From positions 1 through 53,545 of the forward strand of contig JAJTCL010000002.1 in NCBI GenBank assembly GCA_021323255.1: 53,545 nt of DNA. The letters are read 5' to 3'. Source of the stretch: Propionibacteriaceae bacterium (lineage in GTDB: Bacteria > Actinomycetota > Actinomycetes > Propionibacteriales > Propionibacteriaceae). Below are positions 1 through 8,709 of this stretch, one piece after another. Both the position numbers and the translations under genes were made by a program. Each line of letters starts with the position of its first letter. Position 1 is the first letter of the stretch. The notes under the pieces were generated by a model. It was not told the origin of the DNA and searched no databases. It saw nothing but the letters and a program-made list of their open reading frames with translations.

Positions 1-402
1 CGACGGTTTGACCTGTAGGTCGGGCGCGGTCGGCTTCCGATAGAACCAGAGCGGAAAGTTGTCGGGCGGAAAGATCTCACAGAAGGTGACCGGTGTCGCA
101 TATTCGGTGTTGGTCACGACGTGACGGTCGTCGACGTTCAGCTCACGGAGAGCCTGACGGACGTACCGGCCGAACGGATCATCACCTACCCCGGTGATGA
201 TCGCGGCCCTACGACCGAGTCGCGCGGCGGCCACCGCTACGTTCGCTGTAGTGCCGCCAAGGAATTTGCCGAAGGTCTGCACGGCTTCCAGCCCGACGCC
301 CACCTGCAACGGATAGATGTCGACACCACTGCGACCAAAGGTGAGCACATCTAGCGGCGGCTCAACCCGTGCATCCGGACGGTCCTGAGGATCGCTGCTC
401 AT
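1..402 (-). CDS. iolC: 5-dehydro-2-deoxygluconokinase (PfkB family), 3' end truncated by the window edge
   Basis: Not in the ORF track. Manual translation MSSDPQDRPDARVEPPLDVLTFGRSGVDIYPLQVGVGL..FGKFLGGTTANVAVAAARLG..GDDPFG..TPVTFCEIFPPDNFPLWFYR matches the actinobacterial IolC N-terminus. RBS GAAAGGAAGGAG upstream. Confidence 0.9.
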   Translation of the reverse strand, partial: MSSDPQDRPDARVEPPLDVLTFGRSGVDIYPLQVGVGLEAVQTFGKFLGGTTANVAVAAARLGRRAAIITGVGDDPFGRYVRQALRELNVDDRHVVTNTEYATPVTFCEIFPPDNFPLWFYRKPTAPDLQVKPS

Positions 403-418
403 GGCTCTCCTTCCTTTC

Positions 419-534
419 GAGCTGCTCGCGCATCGCGCTTTGGATCCGCCGTTGTTGTCGTCGCTCGCAGAGGAAGAGCGCCTCCGCTCGCTCCTCCTCC
501 GTTAGGCGGCGCGCGATTTCCGACGCTCGCAGCT
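419..534. repeat. Dispersed structured element, family A, copy 1 (in the iolC leader)
   Basis: Colinear with 2127-2243 (about 13 mismatches in 116 nt by eye). Ends AGCTGC...GCAGCT. Confidence 0.9.
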
Positions 535-571
535 TTGAGATCAGATCGGGTCGCATTAGGGCTCTCGCAGC

Positions 572-618
572 ACGGTATTGGCCGTGGTGCCTGATGTCAA
601 TGATTTGTACAGACAAAT
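572..618 (-). promoter_or_regulatory. sigma70-type promoter of iolC with adjacent palindromic operator
   Basis: Minus strand TTGACA(600-595)-N17-TACCGT(577-572). Inverted repeat ATTTGT-ACAG-ACAAAT at 603-618. Confidence 0.65.
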
Positions 619-626
619 GGTCATGA

Positions 627-1031
627 CTACCCTACCGATGAGCTGAGGGTTCCATTCAGGAACTGGGCCTGACCCATACCGAACGACCAATCGGCATACT
701 TGTTGGCCATCACAGAAATCATCAAGTCCTCAGGCCGTACGCCGCATTCGGCCTCCAGCCGCTTCGCCAGTTCCGCATACGCGGCCACCTTTTGCCGGGT
801 CGACCTGCCCTGCTGAAAGATCTGGATGATCACAATGCCGTCCGAACGCTCCAACCCGAGGCCCGTGTCCTCGGCAATGATGTGACCGTCGTCGTGCTCG
901 GTGATGATCTGGTATCGATCGCGCGGCGGAGCGGCAAAAACGTCGAGCATCACGTCCTGGATGGTGTCAGCCAGTCTGCGGAGTTCCTCAGGCGTTCGAC
1001 CCTTCTGGACATCGATCCGGACCAGTGGCAT
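627..1031 (-). CDS. Tautomerase superfamily protein (malonate semialdehyde decarboxylase-like)
   Basis: Begins M-PLVRIDV (catalytic Pro-1), has DRYQIITEH and C-terminal DWSFG.GQAQF. Confidence 0.8.
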   Translation of the reverse strand: MPLVRIDVQKGRTPEELRRLADTIQDVMLDVFAAPPRDRYQIITEHDDGHIIAEDTGLGLERSDGIVIIQIFQQGRSTRQKVAAYAELAKRLEAECGVRPEDLMISVMANKYADWSFGMGQAQFLNGTLSSSVG

Positions 1032-1038
1032 GGTCACA

Positions 1039-1066
1039 ATTCTACTTTGTTAAGACATAATGTCAA
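1039..1066 (-). promoter_or_regulatory. Promoter (near-leaderless) of the tautomerase gene with an IolR-like box in the spacer
   Basis: Minus strand TTGACA-N16-TAGAAT, 7 nt before ATG. Spacer contains TGTCTTAACA. Confidence 0.65.
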
Positions 1067-1073
1067 AATGTGA

Positions 1074-2099
1074 TTAGGAGCCCAAGAGGAAGCCAGCGCC
1101 CCAGGCGAGGTGGGTCGCCGTCAACACCAGCGGTAGCCGCAGCCGAGCTGCCGCTGACATGGGCCTAGTGGTGATCAAGGAGCCACTGATGATCAACGCG
1201 AGATAGCCACCCGGGGCCAGGAACCCGGCACGAAGCGGCCGAGAGTTGCAGGCGACACCGATGACTCCTCCGATAGAGCCGACCAGTACGCCGACCAGGG
1301 TGAGCGGAGGGGCCAGGTAGCGGACCGTGGCCGTCTCGGGGTGGCGCCTGACCAACTCCCGGCGCCACCTCCCGGTCTCATACATCTGCTTCACCAGGGC
1401 TCGCAACGTGGAGCGCGGGCGATAGGTCACCCGGAGCTCCGGAGAGAACCAGATCTTGTGGCCGCTGGTCCGTAGCCGGTAGTTCAGCTCCCAATCTTGC
1501 GCGCGATGCATGCTCTCGTCGAAGCCGCCGACGGCGACGAGCGCTTCCTTCCGGAACACGCCGAGGAACACCGTCTCCGCCTCAGCTGCTGGTGAGGCGG
1601 CAAGGTGAAACGCTGAGCCGCCCAGTCCCAGCCGCGTCGTGTATGCGACGGCGACGGCTTCTTCAAACGGGGTGGATCCCTGCGCGTCCATGAGACCGCC
1701 GACGTTGGCGGCGCCGGTTTCGTCGAGCAATTCGACAGCTCGTCTGATGTAGCCGTCAGTCAGCTCACCGTGTCCATCGACCCGGGCGATGATCTCGTGT
1801 CTGGCGGCGGCGATGCCAAGGTTCAGGGCAGCGGGGGTACGTGCCGCTGGGTTGTCGACCACTCGGATCCGCGGGTCCGCCGCAGCCAGCGCCTGGGCGA
1901 TCTCGTGCGTGCGGTCGCTACTGGGCCCGACCGCAAGGACTACCTCGAGCTCACCGGGATAGTCCTGGTCGAGGACCCTGCGGATCGCCGCCTCGAGGTG
2001 GCGTTCCTCGTTCAGCACCGGCATGACGACCGAGACACCGGGCCAGACGGTGCTGACGCGATCCCCAGCGGTCTGCCCTCCCTCGTCAGTGAACGTCAC
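1074..2099 (-). CDS. Glycosyltransferase family 2
   Basis: VSVVMPVLNEE, RVDGH, GGFDE..AQDWELNYR motifs and C-terminal TM segments. Confidence 0.9.
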   Translation of the reverse strand: MTFTDEGGQTAGDRVSTVWPGVSVVMPVLNEERHLEAAIRRVLDQDYPGELEVVLAVGPSSDRTHEIAQALAAADPRIRVVDNPAARTPAALNLGIAAARHEIIARVDGHGELTDGYIRRAVELLDETGAANVGGLMDAQGSTPFEEAVAVAYTTRLGLGGSAFHLAASPAAEAETVFLGVFRKEALVAVGGFDESMHRAQDWELNYRLRTSGHKIWFSPELRVTYRPRSTLRALVKQMYETGRWRRELVRRHPETATVRYLAPPLTLVGVLVGSIGGVIGVACNSRPLRAGFLAPGGYLALIISGSLITTRPMSAAARLRLPLVLTATHLAWGAGFLLGS

Positions 2100-2126
2100 C
2101 CGATCATCTTGTCAGTCTTGATTTTT

Positions 2127-2243
2127 GAGCAGCTCGCGCATCGCGCTTGGAATCCGCCGCCGTCGTCGTCGCTCGCAGAGGAAGAACGCCTCTGCTCACT
2201 CCTCCTCCGTGCGGCGGCGCGCGATTCCCGACGCTCGCCGCTC
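2127..2243. repeat. Dispersed structured element, family A, copy 2 (uninterrupted)
   Basis: Fills the LCP-GT2 intergenic gap. Matches 419-534 and the host pieces at 49711-50126. Confidence 0.9.
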
Positions 2244-2249
2244 GGGTGG

Positions 2250-3713
2250 TCAGGCCGAACAGACCTTTCCAAGATCGTCGGTCTGCGCATCCCAGGAGGG
2301 GGACGCCGTAGGCTTGGGCTTTGGAGTGGCCTTGGGCGTAACGGCCGGCCTGGATTCGGCCACCCCAGCGTCCATGGCCTCGGAGGCCTCGATCTTCTTC
2401 TGAACAGTGCTACGTGCCAGCTCAAAGTCCGGCGAGCTCGGATCGATCAAGGGCGGCATCATGGCCACGCTCGACACTGGGAGGGCCTTGGCCTTGAGCG
2501 CTAGATCGATCATGGTGCCGACCTCCGACGTCGAGATGTCAGTGGCGACCACCTCTCGACTGGCTGCCGCGATCTTGTTGAACTTTGTCAGCACGGTGAT
2601 CGGCTCGAACTCGTTGAGCATCGCGCGCATGACGCACTTCTGTCGCAGCACCCGGTCGTAATCAGAGGAATCCGCGCGCGACCGAGCGAACCACAAGGCC
2701 TCATAGCCAGTGAGATGTCGGTTCTTGCCCGCTTCCACATAGGCAGAGACCTTCGTGCTACCACCCCCAATAGGAACTCGTCGGTAGACGTCCATGGTGA
2801 TGCCCCCGACCGAGTCCACCAGTGCCTGAAAGCCCTTGAGATCGATCAATGCCCAATAGTTGATCTTGAGACCGGTGGCACCTTCGACGGCTTCCTTGGT
2901 AGCTTGAGCGCCCGGATTCGGTACCCCTGGATAAAGATCGCGATGTTCGGCCGCGTAGGTGTAGATGGCGTTCAGCATGCAGGAGCCATCGGGGCAGCGA
3001 TAACCGTGCGGGAAACGATCATGCAGCGGTGAGTAGCTGGGAAAAGGCACCGCCTGCAAATTGCGCGGCAGGCTGATGAGCACCGTCCGCCCGGTCTCGC
3101 TGTCCACGCTCGCCACGGTCATACTGTCCGGCCGGACTCCGACGCGATTCTGTCCGGCGTCGCCGCCCATCAGCAAGACGTTGTAGCGCCCATGTTTCGC
3201 GACCTGGTCACCCCCGCCGGCAAAGACCGTGGTGGTCAGCTCATGTTGTGCCGACGCCATGGATGCGACGGCGATAAAACCGCCAAAGACGGCCAGCGCT
3301 ACCGTCACGGTGAGCGCTGAGAAGACGACCCGTCCCCAGCGGCCCTGTTCCCCAGGGTTCGCAAGCCGCCAGGCATCGACGATGAGCGCCACCCATCCCA
3401 GGCCGACAACGACGATGCCGATCTGGAGCGCCTTGAGGGTGGGAGCCAGCGTGAGCGTGGCTACGGCAGCCTTCGGTTGGATGAGCGCAAGCAGACCGGC
3501 AAGCAGCGCCAGCAACCACACAGTGACCCAGATTCGAAGGGCAATCCGACCCAGGATCCGGCTTCCGCCGGCTAGCTGAGCAGAACCCGGCAACACCAGC
3601 GTCATGGCTAGAAAGGCCAAGCCTCTGCGTCTCTTGACGCGTTCGCTTCGCTCGAAACATGTGGGCAACGAGGCCGGCGCACGCGGTGCAACATCCGCGG
3701 TGCGAACTGACAC
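2250..3713 (-). CDS. LCP (LytR-CpsA-Psr) family protein with N-terminal TM helices
   Basis: NVLLMGGD, RPDSM, SLPRN, ALWFARSR..SDYDRVLRQ motifs. Confidence 0.9.
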   Translation of the reverse strand: MSVRTADVAPRAPASLPTCFERSERVKRRRGLAFLAMTLVLPGSAQLAGGSRILGRIALRIWVTVWLLALLAGLLALIQPKAAVATLTLAPTLKALQIGIVVVGLGWVALIVDAWRLANPGEQGRWGRVVFSALTVTVALAVFGGFIAVASMASAQHELTTTVFAGGGDQVAKHGRYNVLLMGGDAGQNRVGVRPDSMTVASVDSETGRTVLISLPRNLQAVPFPSYSPLHDRFPHGYRCPDGSCMLNAIYTYAAEHRDLYPGVPNPGAQATKEAVEGATGLKINYWALIDLKGFQALVDSVGGITMDVYRRVPIGGGSTKVSAYVEAGKNRHLTGYEALWFARSRADSSDYDRVLRQKCVMRAMLNEFEPITVLTKFNKIAAASREVVATDISTSEVGTMIDLALKAKALPVSSVAMMPPLIDPSSPDFELARSTVQKKIEASEAMDAGVAESRPAVTPKATPKPKPTASPSWDAQTDDLGKVCSA

Positions 3714-3843
3714 CTTGGAAGCCTTTCGGTCTGCTGGCGGGGAAGAAATCGGGGAAGATCCCTGTCAGTATCTTCGGTCCGCATCCCTTGGGTGCTGAAG
3801 CCACGCCGACGAACTTGGACTCCGCCCGAGTACCTTTGCTGAC

Positions 3844-5127
3844 ATGTCTCCCGGCCGCGATGAGGATCTCGACTGGTTGTACGGGCGCGATCCCCAGCAA
3901 GCGGAGCCCGAACGGACACGTGTGATGCCGGACCCATACGGGACCGCCGCACCAGACTCACAGCAGAGGCGGGCGCCGTACCCGCGCACCCCTACTCACC
4001 AGACCCCACAGCCTCGCCCAGGCATCCCACCGTCCGGCCCGCCACGCGGACCTGGTGGGACGGCAGGCGGACCAAGGGCACCGCGGCCCGCCAGACCCGC
4101 AAAGCAACGGCGTCCGGTTCGGCGGTTCTTCCGGGTGCTGCTGATCTTGCTGCTGTTGTTCATCCTGTGGCTGATCGCCGTACCGGCGTACGCGTGGACC
4201 CAGATAGCCCGCGTTGACGCAGCACCATCCGGCCAGCGGCCTGCTGATCAACCAGGCAAGACCTTCCTGTTGGTGGGCTCAGACTCCCGAGCTGGGCTCA
4301 GCAGAGCCGAGCAAAGGCGACTCGGAACGGGTAGTACGGGCGGCCAGCGGACGGACACGATCATGCTGGTCTACGTCCCGCTGACCGGCAAGCCGGCGCT
4401 CATTTCAGTGCCGCGTGACTCTTATGTGGATGTTCCGAGCAATGGCAAGAACAGGATCAACGCCGCTTACGCCTTCGGCGGCCCTGAGCTGCTGGTACAG
4501 ACGGTCGAGCAGAACACCGGTCTTCGCATCGACGGTTATCTGGAGATCGGCTTCGGCGGCTTCGCCAATGTCGTCGATGCACTCGACGGCATCAGGATGT
4601 GCTTACCGAATGCGATCAAGGATCGCGACAGCCATATCGACCTGCCCAAGGGTTGCCAGACACTGAGTGGCACCAAAGCTCTCGGCTACGTGCGCATGCG
4701 CAAGGCCGATCCCCGTGGCGATTTCGGCCGCGTGGAGCGGCAGCGAGAGATGCTCGCTGCCGTGGCCGCGAAGGCAGCGTCCCCGGCCACCGTGCTGAAT
4801 CCGGTCCGTTATTGGAACTTTTGCATGGCTACTGCTGATGCGATCAAGCTCGGTCGCGACACCTCACTGCCTGAGACCCTGAGGTTGGCTTATGCCATGA
4901 AACGGATTTCTGGTGGCAACGGCCTCACGTTGACGGTACCGGTATCGAGCTCGGGCGCATCCACGTCAGTCGGCTCGGCGGTCTTGTGGGACGCCGCCAA
5001 GTCCAAGGCGATGTTCTCCGACATCAAGCGTGGAAGCATCTGCACGGGCCGGACCGTTGACACTGGAGGTCAACTCAATGAACAGCCCATCCCATGCGGC
5101 CTCTCGAGCCGCGGCTCGAACTCATGA
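3844..5127 (+). CDS. LCP family protein (C-terminal tail after ~5030 looks atypical)
   Basis: FLLVGSDSR, RTDTIML, SVPRD, INAAY, ALGYVRMR..GDFGRVERQR. Confidence 0.9.
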   Translation: MSPGRDEDLDWLYGRDPQQAEPERTRVMPDPYGTAAPDSQQRRAPYPRTPTHQTPQPRPGIPPSGPPRGPGGTAGGPRAPRPARPAKQRRPVRRFFRVLLILLLLFILWLIAVPAYAWTQIARVDAAPSGQRPADQPGKTFLLVGSDSRAGLSRAEQRRLGTGSTGGQRTDTIMLVYVPLTGKPALISVPRDSYVDVPSNGKNRINAAYAFGGPELLVQTVEQNTGLRIDGYLEIGFGGFANVVDALDGIRMCLPNAIKDRDSHIDLPKGCQTLSGTKALGYVRMRKADPRGDFGRVERQREMLAAVAAKAASPATVLNPVRYWNFCMATADAIKLGRDTSLPETLRLAYAMKRISGGNGLTLTVPVSSSGASTSVGSAVLWDAAKSKAMFSDIKRGSICTGRTVDTGGQLNEQPIPCGLSSRGSNS

Positions 5128-5396
5128 AATAGTCCTGGGTGTGTCTCGACCGGCGCCCAATCGCTGGTGTGTACGCTCACGCAGCAGGCAGTGCACGCGC
5201 GCCGAATGTCGCAGAACCAGTGACAGGCTCCTCCCGCCCACAACCTGGGCTTCCCCATCACGTGTAGGCGACGATCTCGTCTCGTCCGTAGCCCCGGACC
5301 TGCCCTACTCATTATGTTTTAAACATCATGAGCTCACGCTCATTGAATTCTCAGCTTCCGGGTTTGGCCGGAAAACCCAACTGAAAGGAATCACAG

Positions 5397-6416
5397 ATGA
5401 TTCGATCCGCAAAGGGCTCGGCGCTTGGCCGACCCCGCAAGGGCATGACCCTGACCGCCCTCGCAGCGGCTGCATTACTCGTACTGTCAGCATGTAGCGG
5501 CGGCGGCGCTCCCGAGACCCAACCAGAGAACCAGGGCGGTGGCGGTGGCGGCGGCGAGTCTGGTTACACGATCGCCATGATCACCCATGAGACGCCCGGC
5601 GATACGTTCTGGGATCGGATCAGGGCCGGGGCTGAGCAGGCGGCCAAGGACACTGGGTCGACATTGAAGTACTCAGCCGATCCCGACGCCACCAAGCAGG
5701 CCGTTCTTATACAGAACGCGATTGACTCCAAGGTCGATGGCATCGCGACCACGCTCGTCACCCCGGATGCCTTGATTCCCACGGTCCAGAAAGCCGTCCA
5801 GGCCGGAATTCCCGTGGACAGCTTCAACTCCGGCCTCGACTATTACAAGCAGGCGGGCGCGCTCACCCACTTTTCCTCCGATGAGCGACTCGCCGGTCAG
5901 GAGGCGGGCAAAAGGATGAAGGCGGCCGGCGCCGAGAAGATCCTCTGCACCATCCAACAGGCCGGGTCGGTCGCCCTTGAGGACCGCTGCGCCGGGGTTA
6001 AGGACAGCTTCCCCAACACTGAGAACCTGCAGGTGAACGGCGCCGACGACTCGGCCGTCACTTCGGCGATCCAGGCCAAGCTGAGTCAGGACAAGGACAT
6101 CAACTGGGTGATCACCCTCGGCGCACCGCAGGCCCTGGACACCCTGAAGGCCTTCGAGGGTTCCGGCAGTTCGGCGAAGGTAGGCACCTTCGACACCAAC
6201 CCGGATGCGGCGCAGGCTGTGAAGGACGGCAAGATCCAGTTTTACATCGACCAGCAGCCCTACCTGCAGGGCTACATGGCCGTCACACAGCTCTATCTCT
6301 TTAAGAAAAACGGCAATATCCTCGGTGGTGGCAAGCCGGTTCTGACCGGCCCGTCCTTCGTCGACAGCAGCAACATCGACACGATCCTGCCGTTCGTCCA
6401 GAACAACACCCGATAG
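5397..6416 (+). CDS. Sugar (probably inositol) ABC transporter substrate-binding lipoprotein
   Basis: Lipobox LSAC, ITHETPGDTFW, IDQQPYLQGY. RBS GAAAGGA. Confidence 0.9.
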   Translation: MIRSAKGSALGRPRKGMTLTALAAAALLVLSACSGGGAPETQPENQGGGGGGGESGYTIAMITHETPGDTFWDRIRAGAEQAAKDTGSTLKYSADPDATKQAVLIQNAIDSKVDGIATTLVTPDALIPTVQKAVQAGIPVDSFNSGLDYYKQAGALTHFSSDERLAGQEAGKRMKAAGAEKILCTIQQAGSVALEDRCAGVKDSFPNTENLQVNGADDSAVTSAIQAKLSQDKDINWVITLGAPQALDTLKAFEGSGSSAKVGTFDTNPDAAQAVKDGKIQFYIDQQPYLQGYMAVTQLYLFKKNGNILGGGKPVLTGPSFVDSSNIDTILPFVQNNTR

Positions 6417-6461
6417 CCTCGACACGATCCTGCCGTTCGTCCAGAACAACACCCGATAGCC
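6376..6461. repeat. Perfect 43-bp tandem duplication spanning the SBP stop codon
   Basis: TCGACACGATCCTGCCGTTCGTCCAGAACAACACCCGATAGCC at 6376-6418 and 6419-6461. Confidence 0.95.
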
Positions 6462-6474
6462 AAAAGCCTCCGCG

Positions 6475-6506
6475 GGTGGTCGGGCGAGTGCTTTCGCCCG
6501 ACCACC
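6475..6506 (+). terminator. 13-bp stem hairpin between SBP and permease (stabilising or attenuating stem-loop)
   Basis: GGTGGTCGGGCGA-N6-TCGCCCGACCACC, no U-tail. Confidence 0.6.
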
Positions 6507-6533
6507 GCGAAGACAACTCACCGGAGATGCAAC

Positions 6534-7595
6534 ATGAGTACACCTGTCAAGACCGCACCGCCTACGCCCGCTGAGGCCTCTAACCGCGTTCAAGTCAGCT
6601 GGACGACCCGACTGCTCGGCCGACCCGAGATCGGAGCCTTGGTCGCGGCCATCGTCATCTTCATCTTCTTCCTGATCGTCGCACCGGCATTCCGTACACC
6701 GGCCTCGTTCTTCACCGTCCTCTACCAGGCCTCCACCATCGGCATCGTGGCCGTCGCTGTCGGCATGCTGATGATCGGCGGTGAGTTCGACCTGTCCGCC
6801 GGCGTGCTCGTCACATCCGCGGGCCTGCTCAACGGCATGTTGTGCTACCAGCTCGGGCTGAACCTGTGGGTCGGCGTGATCATCTCGCTGGCCTTTTGCC
6901 TGGGCGTCGGATTCACTAACGGCTATCTGGTGATGCGCACCGGCATTCCCAGCTTCCTGATTACGCTGGGCACGTTCTTCGTGCTGCAGGGCGCCAACCT
7001 CGGCGTAACCAAGCTGGTCACCGGATCCGTGTCGAGCCCCAACATCAGCCAGATGGACGGCTACACGACGCTGAATTTCATCTTTGCGCACGAGTTCAAG
7101 ATCGGACCCGTGTCACTGTCGATCACCGTCATCTGGTGGTTGCTATTCGTATTCTTGTCGGCCTGGATCCTGCAGCGGACCAAGATCGGCAACTGGATCT
7201 TTGCGGTCGGAGGAAACGCCGCCAGTGCTCGAGCCGTCGGCGTGCCAGTGACCCGGGCAAAGATCGGCTTATTCATGACAGTGTCCTTCCTCTGCTGGTT
7301 CACCGGCATGCACTACCTTTACCGGTTCAACACACTGCAGGCCGGCAACGGCGTGGGGAACGAGTTCCTCTACATCATCGCCGCAGTCGTGGGCGGGACG
7401 CTGCTGACCGGCGGCTACGGCAATGCGTGGGGTGTGGCCATCGGGGCGTTCATCTTCGGTATGACCAGCCTGTGCATCGTATACGCCGGATGGGACCCGA
7501 ACTGGTTCAAGGCTTTCCTCGGTGTCATGCTGCTGCTCGCCGTGATGGTCAACCTGTACGTGAAGAGACTCTCGACTCTAAGAAAGGTGGGTTGA
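6534..7595 (+). CDS. Sugar ABC transporter permease (BPD_transp_2)
   Basis: IGGEFDLS, IPSFLITLG, GNWIFAVGGN..ARAVGV, AAVVGGTLLTGG. Confidence 0.92.
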   Translation: MSTPVKTAPPTPAEASNRVQVSWTTRLLGRPEIGALVAAIVIFIFFLIVAPAFRTPASFFTVLYQASTIGIVAVAVGMLMIGGEFDLSAGVLVTSAGLLNGMLCYQLGLNLWVGVIISLAFCLGVGFTNGYLVMRTGIPSFLITLGTFFVLQGANLGVTKLVTGSVSSPNISQMDGYTTLNFIFAHEFKIGPVSLSITVIWWLLFVFLSAWILQRTKIGNWIFAVGGNAASARAVGVPVTRAKIGLFMTVSFLCWFTGMHYLYRFNTLQAGNGVGNEFLYIIAAVVGGTLLTGGYGNAWGVAIGAFIFGMTSLCIVYAGWDPNWFKAFLGVMLLLAVMVNLYVKRLSTLRKVG

Positions 7596-7596
7596 C

Positions 7597-8424
7597 ATGA
7601 CCGACACCCTGCAAGAGCATGCCGATCCAACACTCCACAAGGGTGAGCCTCTTGTCGAGATGATCGATGTTGGCAAGGCCTACGGAGCAATCCGAGCCCT
7701 TAAGGGAATCAACATGGTCGTCAACGCCGGTGAGGTGACCTGTGTGCTTGGTGACAATGGAGCGGGCAAGTCAACGTTGATCAAGATTATTTCCGGCCTA
7801 CACCCCCACAACGAGGGAACCGTGAAGGTCGACGGCGAAGAGGTCCATTTCTCCTCGCCACGCGACTCGCTGAACCACGGCATTGCCACGGTGTATCAGG
7901 ATCTCGCCGTGGTCAGTCTGATGGAAGTCTGGCGGAACTTTTTCCTCGGCTCAGAGATGACGGGCAGCAAGCTCCCGCTCTCTGGGATGAAGATCAATGA
8001 CATGAAGCGCATTGCCGACGAGGAGTTGCGCAAGATGGGCATCGTCGTCAAAGACATCGACCAGCCCATCGGAACCTTGTCCGGCGGCCAGCGGCAGTGC
8101 GTCGCAATTGCGCGCGCGGTGTACTTCGGCGCTCGGGTCTTGATCTTGGACGAGCCCACCGCCGCACTCGGTGTCAAGCAGTCCGGGGTGGTGCTCAAGT
8201 ACACCGCGGCGGCCCGGGATGCTGGGCTCGGCGTTGTGTTCATCACCCACAACCCGCACCACGCCTTCCTGGTGGGCAACCACTTCATCATCTTGAAGCT
8301 GGGCCAGGCCGTGCTGGACAAGAAGCGTTCGGAGGTAACACTCGACGAGCTCACCCGCCAGATGGCTGGTGGCGACGAACTCACCGAGCTGGCACACGAG
8401 CTGGAGAGCGGCGCTCGGGGATGA
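7597..8424 (+). CDS. Sugar ABC transporter ATP-binding protein
   Basis: Walker A GDNGAGKS, signature LSGGQ, Walker B LILDEPT. Confidence 0.95.
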   Translation: MTDTLQEHADPTLHKGEPLVEMIDVGKAYGAIRALKGINMVVNAGEVTCVLGDNGAGKSTLIKIISGLHPHNEGTVKVDGEEVHFSSPRDSLNHGIATVYQDLAVVSLMEVWRNFFLGSEMTGSKLPLSGMKINDMKRIADEELRKMGIVVKDIDQPIGTLSGGQRQCVAIARAVYFGARVLILDEPTAALGVKQSGVVLKYTAAARDAGLGVVFITHNPHHAFLVGNHFIILKLGQAVLDKKRSEVTLDELTRQMAGGDELTELAHELESGARG

Positions 8425-8666
8425 TCCGCTTCGCGCTCCTTGGCTGCGGCCGCATTAGGCGGGTACATGCCGACTCGATCCAATGTCCATCCCCGGGCCG
8501 TGCTGGCCTGGGTACATGACTCGATCGAGTCGGCTGCGGATTGGATACCAAGCAATACGGCGCGGCGCTCTGCGAGAAGCCGATCGACCTGGCTTTGCCG
8601 CAGGTTGATCGGTGCTGGACAGCGATCGCTGGGCTGAATCCCGCTGTGTTGCCGGGCTCTCCCTGA
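8421..8666 (+). pseudogene. Degraded inositol 2-dehydrogenase (IolG-like Gfo/Idh/MocA)
   Basis: MIRFALLGCGRIRRVHADSI / frameshift / NVHPRAVLAWVHD.. / deletion / ALCEKPIDL...stop. ATG overlaps the ATPase stop. Confidence 0.8.
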
Positions 8667-8709
8667 ACGCCAGACTTCTGGTATTGCATTGCATGGAGGG
8701 AAAGCCTCG

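Noticed and set aside
121-354. 77-aa + strand ORF
   Set aside because: Antisense shadow of iolC.
362-626. Small ORFs 362-616 and 369-626 (also 2096-2425, 2125-2403, 40783-41022, 49545-50099, 49693-50194)
   Set aside because: Their shared Arg/Ser-rich peptides are translations of the repeat element, in both orientations and several frames.
5128-5330. Hidden gene or RNA between LCP and the SBP gene
   Set aside because: No convincing ORF similarity or fold found. Only a short ATGTTTTAAACAT palindrome at 5314-5326.
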